Source: Vitrella brassicaformis CCMP3155
Lineage: Eukaryota > Protista > Chromerida
Length of the DNA: 6,931 nt
NCBI GenBank assembly: GCA_001179505.1
Contig: CDMY01000988.1
Coordinates: forward strand, 1 to 6,931
Reading direction: 5' to 3'
The notes below the pieces were generated by a model. It did not search any database. It saw only the letters and a program-made list of their open reading frames with translations, and was not told the DNA's origin. A program made the position numbers and the translations under genes. Shown piece by piece: positions 1 through 5,750 of the stretch; the first letter of the stretch is position 1, and each line of letters opens with the position of its first letter.

Positions 1-597
1 TCGGCCGAGTCGGCGGGCGGGGGCGGCTTGGCCCAGCCGATGGGCCGAATGGTGCCCTTGACGCCATCCTCGACGTCGCCCAGCGCATCTTTAGCCGACG
101 AGAGAGCGGCGAAGACGCTGAGCCACTTCTTGGTGAGCAGAGGCGTCTGCACCGAACACACAGACAGACAACCAGAGAGAGTGACGGCTGCAGTGCTCTC
201 GCGTGTGTGTGTGTGTGTGTGGTTGACCTGTGCGGCGACTGTGGTGTTGAAGAACTGCTGCACACCGGCAGCCTCTTGTGCGACCTGCAGGCACCGCACA
301 CACACACACAGTGGATGAGAGCACACCAGCAGTGAGGCCATTGGGCCTCTCATGCGCCCCGTGCCTGATCTATGTGTGTGTGCAGCGATGCGATGCGCTC
401 CTCCAAACGAACCAAACGAACCAAACCCTCAATAAAGGACTGCAGCAAACACACACAATCAGTGATGGACGTGCTGTGTGCTCTTTTGAGTGAATGCGTT
501 CGCTTGTCAGCGCGTTGCTCACCGGGGTGTTCTCATTTGCAGCGGCCGAGTCGCCACCTTGTGTGTGGGGACGCTTCGGCTCTCCTTCAACACTCAT
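1..597 (-). CDS. Spliced hypothetical protein, 5' part only (continues off the left edge)
   Basis: Manual splice model, all introns phase 0: exons 597-523, 439-365, 284-228, 146-<1. Introns are 522-440 (GTGAGC..GCAG, 83 nt), 364-285 (GCACGG..GCAG, 80 nt) and 227-147 (GTCAAC..GCAG, 81 nt). The join is stop-free: MSVEGEPKRPHTQGGDSAAANENTP|SFIEGLVRLVRLEERIASLHTHIDQ|VAQEAAGVQQFFNTTVAAQ|TPLLTKKWLSVFAALSSAKDALGDVEDGVKGTIRPIGWAKPPPPADSA. Family not recognised. The track start at 606 is a TTG; the first ATG is at 597. Confidence 0.72.
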
Positions 598-788
598 GCT
601 CGACAACCGGAGCTACTGCCACTCGAGCGCCACGAGGTTAGGGTTTAGGGTTTAGGGTCAAACCCTGGCCGATCGTCGAGACCTTTTGATCTTGCGAGCG
701 TTTCGGAAGTTTGAGCCCGTTTGTGTTGCTACCCCAGATCAATCAACGTACCCCGCCCCGCCCCTCATTCAGCTGACTTGACTTCATC
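598..788. promoter_or_regulatory. Putative bidirectional promoter / 5'UTR region between divergent genes
   Basis: Only 191 bp separate the minus-strand ATG (597) and the plus-strand ATG (789). The gap contains telomeric repeats (638-666) and CCCCGCCCCGCCCC (751-764). Confidence 0.6.
638..666 (+). repeat. Short interstitial telomere-like repeat (TTAGGG-TTTAGGG-TTTAGGG) with an inverted AAACCCT
   Basis: Read directly: ttagggtttagggtttagggtcaaaccct. TTTAGGG is the plant/Toxoplasma-type telomere unit. Confidence 0.85.
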
Positions 789-1895
789 ATGAGTGGCCCG
801 GCCCCATCCGGCTCCCCTCTGGCAGCCGCCTTTCAGGCCGCCAGCGAACCGGTCAGTATGCGGGACGCACTGGCCATGGGCGGACAGCAGCAACAAGGTG
901 AGGCAAGTGGAGAGGGGGAGGCGGGAAGGGGCAGGAAGAGACACATGCATGGCACGAGAGAAGGGGTGACCCGTCTTGGGGCTGAGGGGCTCTGTGTTCT
1001 ATCTATCGTCTCGTCAGGTGGTGAGGGGGAGATGACACAGTCGCAGCTCATCCGCCTCGGACGGATTACTCCCGCTGGCTCCATCCAGACAGGCACACAA
1101 AGGGTCAGTCAGTCAGTCAGGAGGGAGGGAGGGAGGGAGGGAGGGAGACATGGAGTGGGGCAGCAGAGAGTCCACAGTGGCATCCATCCCATGTGCGCGT
1201 GTGTCCATCCTGTGTGTCGTTGTGTGTTGTCTGTCTGTCGTCAGATTGAGGTGGAGGTGCCCGTGTACACCGACGTGCACTACGAGGACGTCGTCGCCGA
1301 GCGTACGGTGCCGCTGCACGTGCAGAAGATCGTCCCCAAGCCCGAGGTCCATGAGGTGGTCCGCCAGTGCCCGAGCTGAGTCACTCGTGGATCGAGCGCC
1401 AAGTAGAGGTGCCCGTCATCCAGCACGTCGAACGAATCGTCGAGGTACGTCTGACACCCACCCAACACACACGACACACGAAGGGACACACGAGCGGGTG
1501 GTGTGCCTTTGGTGTTGCGTGCAGGTGCCCCAGGTGCAGGTGGTCAACAAGTATGTGCCCAAGGTCGAAGTCAAAACCATCGTGACCTGCCAGCTCCATG
1601 GAGGAGACACACAGACAGCCACAAGGGAGACATGGCATGTGTGTGCAGGAGCGTGTGGTGCCCAAGACGGTGGTCAAGACGGTCGATCGTGTGGAGGAGG
1701 TGCCCGTCGTCCAATACAAAGACAAATTCGTCGAGGTAATACCCACGCCACACCGACCGTCACATGGCGCTGCGGTCGATGCCATGACATTCCCCTCTCT
1801 GTCTCTCTGTGTGTGTGTCTTGGTGCAGGTGCCCCATGTGGTGGAGGTCATCAAGGAGGTCCCCAAACCAGTGCCCGTCGAAGTAACCTAGACAC

Positions 1896-1926
<31 letters not shown>

Positions 1927-3729
1927 CGCTGACCATACATCGATTCCTGCCTGTCTGCCTGTCCGCAGGTACAGGTGCCGGTGATCAAGTATGTGCCCAA
2001 GGTGGATGTCAAGACCATCGAGCGGATTGAGCACGTGCCGGTGCCCCAGTACGTGGACGTGCCGGTGCCGGTCATCAAAGAAGTCCCCAAAATCATCACT
2101 GAAGAACGAGTACACACACACACACATGAAAGACCACACACACCACACAGACCACTTCGGTGCGTGTGTGCAGGTGGTGGACGTGGAGGTGCCGGGGCCC
2201 GTCATCGAAGTTTGGCGGGAGGTGCCCGTCGAACGGTACCCACACACAGACACACATCCATCCATCCACTGTGTGTGTGATGCTGTCTGTGTCGCTGATG
2301 GTGCTGTCAGGGAGGAGGTCATCGAGCGGGAGGTGGAAGTCGTCAAGTCAGTGGGCACACCACACACACGACTGCACTGATTGAAGGTCTCTGTGTGTGT
2401 GCCTTCAGGTACGTCGACGTGCCGAAGCCCTATGAGGTGCCGGTCTACGATTACAAACACAACAAATACCCCGTGGTCAGCACACTCGCCCACATAAGTC
2501 GCACCACAGGCCTCTCTGCCTCCCTCCCCTCCCACCATGTGTGTCTCTGTCTGTCTGTGTAGGTGATTCCCCACGAGAAGACCACGATGCTGCCGCCCGG
2601 CCTCACCAATTTTGTCATTCCGTCAATCATCAAGGGCAACTTCACTTTTGACATACCGCCCGGTAAACAGCCAATGGGCTCCCACACCGCAGCCATCCCT
2701 CCCGGCCACCGGTCTGTCTCTCTGTCTGTCTGTCTGTCTGTCTGTCTGCAGGGATGAGAATCACCCGGGAAGAGCTGGTGCATTACGTTCGGGCCACCAA
2801 GGGCATCGACCTCAATCAGTGCAAGGAACTCGCCCCGCCAATGCCGCTGCCCGAGGGGGCCGGTCAGCCACACACACAACACACGTCCATAATGATCCCC
2901 TTTTTCGTGTCTGTGTGCAGCGCCCACGTCTATAGAGGCCCATTTCGAGAATGAGCCGCTGCCCGAGTACGTCAAGAACGCCAAGCCGTGGCCGGTGGAT
3001 GAGTGGGGTCCCCTGCCGCACCCCAGCCAGATGCAGGACGGCCACAGCTGGACCGGCCCGCCCGTCAAGGTGGGCGAGCCCCTCAAGACCACACTGGAGG
3101 GGCCGCCCCAGGGATGGATCCCCAACCAGCACCAACTCAGGATCGTACGCGACACACAGACATTGATGAGACACAGCGAGGCGTGAGAGACACGAGTGCA
3201 TTCCATTCTCTCTCTGTGTGTTTGTGTAGATGTCCGAGCACAAGTTGACCCCGGAGCAGTGCGGCTACCAGGGGCCGCCCATCAACATGCCCGTGAGTGA
3301 CACACAACATCACACAACACAGCAGACAGACACACAGGCAGATGTCACCTCCCATGTGCACTCATTGCTGTGTCTCTTCCTGTCTGTCTGTCTGTCTGGA
3401 TGTCTGGATGTCTGGATGTCTGTCTGTGTGCAGATGGTGATGGCGCCCCCGCCGCCCTTCCCTGGTGCTGGTCGTCCGGTTGCGCCGCCTCCCGCCGCCC
3501 CTGCCGGCCCTCCCATGGTGATGATGATGCGGCCGCCCGTGGTGCCACCCCCGCCCGCACACATGATCGCACCCAAGAAGAAATGTAAGAGACCACACGG
3601 GATCGGCTGTGATGTGATGTGATGTGATGTGATGTGATGGGATGTGATGTGTTGTGGTGGTGGTCAGCATCAACGAAGAAGTCCTGCGGGGTTGGGTTCT
3701 TCGGCTGGTTCACCGGCTCGAAGAAATAA
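789..3729 (+). CDS. Alveolin / inner-membrane-complex (IMC)-type cortical cytoskeleton protein, 16 exons, with an apparent 1-nt frameshift at ~1366 (assembly error, null allele or recoding)
   Basis: Exons: 789-897, 1018-1103, 1245-1444, 1525-1581, 1649-1735, 1829-1882, 1969-2109, 2174-2235, 2311-2346, 2409-2475, 2563-2662, 2752-2862, 2921-3144, 3230-3292, 3434-3584, 3668-3729 (TAA 3727-3729). All 15 introns are GT-AG with matching phases. Exons total 1610 nt; adding 1 nt gives 537 codons (536 aa). Exons 3-10 encode V/E/K/P-rich repeats typical of alveolins (IEVEVPV, ERIVEVP, KFVEVPHVVEVIKEVPKPVPVEV, EREVEVVKYVDVPKP). These are followed by a non-repeat region, a Pro-rich tail and the C-terminus KKSCGVGFFGWFTGSKK. 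Confidence 0.88.
1123..1146 (+). repeat. (GGGA)6 microsatellite in alveolin intron 2
   Basis: Six tandem GGGA units starting 19 nt after the donor at 1104. Confidence 0.85.
3608..3650 (+). repeat. (GATGT)n pentanucleotide microsatellite in alveolin intron 15
   Basis: About 8 tandem GATGT units with one GATGG variant. Confidence 0.9.
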
Positions 3730-3734
3730 ACCAA

Positions 3735-3840
3735 GTAAGCGGCTGACCATGCAGCCACACCAGACAGACAGACACCCCTACTCGTGCTGCACACACAATC
3801 GATGTCTCTCTGTCTCTCTCTCTGTCTGTGTGTTGGTCAG
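3735..3840 (+). other. Probable 3'UTR intron of the alveolin gene
   Basis: Strong donor AA|GTAAGC 5 nt after the TAA, CAGA-rich 5' half, TC/TG-rich 3' tract and acceptor ttggtCAG at 3840. Length 106 nt, same style as the coding introns. Confidence 0.65.
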
Positions 3841-4039
3841 AAAATTCTTGTCACCATCACCACACACACACGGGGGGCCTATTTTTGCGTATATATCACT
3901 CTAGCGTCGCTCATGTGTATTGTGATTTGTTTCGTAAGTAAGTCGTTCTCTATAGGCCGCATATATACTCTTGCTCTGCCCTCTATTGCTAAGCCAATTC
4001 TCAACACTGTCTGTCTGTCTGTCTGTCTGCCATGGTCCT

Positions 4040-4430
4040 TTGATTTGCTGGGGACTTTGTGTGTGCGGCCATGCCAAAGTGAGCCGACACACACACCGCC
4101 CATTCGCTCGTGCGTGCGATAATGGCTGCCCTGTGTTTGTCTCTCCCTCTATTCTGAGTGGGTCTCTCTAAATCACAAGACATCTCATCATACCGCTTCG
4201 AGCACTGTCCTCTTGGGGGTTTTTCGGGCTTGGTTTGCTTCCTCGAATGATCGCCTGCCTGCCTGCCTGCCTGGCTGCTTGAGTTAGCCACACACGACAT
4301 CACAACACATCACACCGCCCATCATTCACGACACTGTCCTCTGGGGGGTTCTGGGCTTGATTTGTTTTGCTGGATGGATTGCTGGGTTTCCATAGAGTGC
4401 GTGGGCCATTGCCAAAGTGGGCCCTCACCA
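4040..4430. repeat. Mosaic of degenerate direct duplications
   Basis: cactgtcctcttgggggtttttcgggcttggtttg (4203-4237) matches cactgtcctctggggggttctgggcttgatttg (4332-4364). gtgcggccatgccaaagtgagcc (4063-4085) resembles gtgggccattgccaaagtgggcc (4401-4423). cacaccgcccat occurs at 4092-4103 and 4311-4322. Confidence 0.7.
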
Positions 4431-5129
4431 ACCAATGCACTACAGCTGACTGACTGACTGGCCTGTGTCTCTTCCCTCTCCCAAACCACACACCAGCAGA
4501 CAGACAGACAGACACACAGAGACACAGACTTTGAAATTAGAGAGGGAGGGGAACAGAAGTGCATGGGATGGACGCAGAATGGACTGCGAGCACAGATACA
4601 GTGTATCAACGGAATGGACGAAAGATGGTTGTTGATCAAAAACATCTCTATGTACGAGTGACGGTGGGTCGATCGATGGGGATTTGCATGGGCGGGGATC
4701 GATCGTGCTCATTTGTACGAGTGACGACAGGCACACACAGTCTTAATTAAGCCATGCACGACTACCAAGTCGGGAATGAAAGAACACTGAAGACGCACGA
4801 CTGGCAGATCAACTGGGAGGGTTTGTGTGCAGACATGAACCATGGTGCGACCATATTCATGATTGAGGACTGACTGCGTGTTGTTGCCATATTTTCACCC
4901 ACCCATCTTATCCTTTGGCCACACAAATCCCACGCCCATATACACACACCAACACACACAAATGCCATTCATTCACCGGTCAGTCAGCCAGCTAATCAGC
5001 CAGAGAGACGGAGAAGGAAAGGCAGTCGTGGATGCATTTGGCCTTGACAGCTGTGGCGGCTTTGCAACGCAACACAGACATGACGAGGCCTAGGCCGCTC
5101 CATTGTCTTCCCTCTAGTTTGATTGACGC

Positions 5130-5514
5130 ATGGCAGCAGCAGCTGCGATTGGCATGGCTTCTGCCGGAGTGTGGATTGGCCGGCCGTGGGACGACTCGTT
5201 ACTTGCTCTGCAGACACTGAAGTGGCAGGTAGTCGTGTCATCGATCTGTTCTGATGTGGTGCGTGTGGGGGAGGCTGGCCTGCGCTCTGTGATTGGGGGG
5301 GTGAGTGCGTTTATATGTGTGCGTGTACTGAATTGGTGGACACAGTTTGATTGGATGTGTGTGAATTCGCCCACTGTAAGTCAGTGTAACTCACACATAC
5401 GAACATGAACAGACGTATACATATCATGGGACTTTCCTGCAGTCGACACACAGCCCCTCCAGCCCATCTACTCACAAGCCGCTGGAAGTGGGCCCTCCGC
5501 CGCAGCTAAGCTAA
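5130..5514 (+). CDS. Possible small two-exon ORF (80 aa) or gene remnant
   Basis: ATG at 5130 (MAAAAAIGMASAG...), phase-0 donor GG|GTGAGT at 5301, acceptor ttcctgCAG at 5442, second exon 5443-5514 (STHSPSSPSTHKPLEVGPPPQLS*). No recognisable domain. Confidence 0.25.
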
Positions 5515-5577
5515 CAGCACAACTCTATGCCTCCAGGCTCTTGACTGCCAGCAGCACCAGTCAACGAACAACCTCAC

Positions 5578-5593
5578 CTGCACACATACAGAT

Positions 5594-5630
<37 letters not shown>

Positions 5631-5735
5631 CACACAGAGAGAGAGAGAGAGAGATAGAGACGCACCAATGCCATCCGGGCACTCCAGGCATGCCCCTTGT
5701 GTGTATGTGAATGTCTCTTCCCCACTACGACTCAC
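5578..5735 (-). other. Probable 3'UTR intron of the minus-strand gene
   Basis: On the minus strand: donor AA|GTGAGT 15 nt after the TAG, a long (CT)n(GT)n tract, then acceptor gtgtgCAG. Length 158 nt. Confidence 0.62.
5595..5654. repeat. Compound microsatellite (CA)~21 with one interruption + (GA)9
   Basis: Read directly; lies inside the putative UTR intron. Confidence 0.92.
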
Positions 5736-5750
5736 TTGTGTGTGTTTCCC

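Noticed and set aside
334-349. Small hairpin GAGGCC-attg-GGCCTC
   Set aside because: A 6-bp stem inside an intron is expected by chance in GC-rich DNA.
638-666. True telomere or chromosome end
   Set aside because: Only about three units, flanked by intact genes on both sides.
789-1379. 196-aa ORF as a standalone unspliced gene
   Set aside because: It reads through two 3n, stop-free introns (898-1017, 1104-1244) with clear GT-AG ends and repeat content, and it ends only because of the frameshift at ~1366.
1245-2475. CRISPR-like repeat/spacer array from the alternating repeat exons and introns
   Set aside because: The repeats are degenerate codon-level alveolin repeats separated by spliceosomal introns. 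There are no identical direct repeats or cas genes, and the context is eukaryotic.
1381-3794. Long minus-strand ORFs (e.g. 1381-1866, 1888-2574, 2451-3206, 3345-3794)
   Set aside because: They are antisense shadows of GC-rich alveolin exons plus stop-poor microsatellite introns, and they translate into TH/CV/DRQ repeat text.
4063-4085. Dinoflagellate spliced-leader relic (CCGTAGCCATTTTGGCTCAAG)
   Set aside because: Only scrambled short-word similarity (GGCTCA, TTTGGC) with no colinear match.
4746-4758. ATTAAGCCATGCA matches the 5' region of 18S rRNA
   Set aside because: Only 13 nt; the flanks do not continue the rRNA sequence.
4415-5497. 12-mer AAGTGGGCCCTC shared at 4415-4426 and 5486-5497 (plant site II-like TGGGCC)
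   Set aside because: A single short match with no flanking homology, and no basis for TCP-type factors in this lineage.
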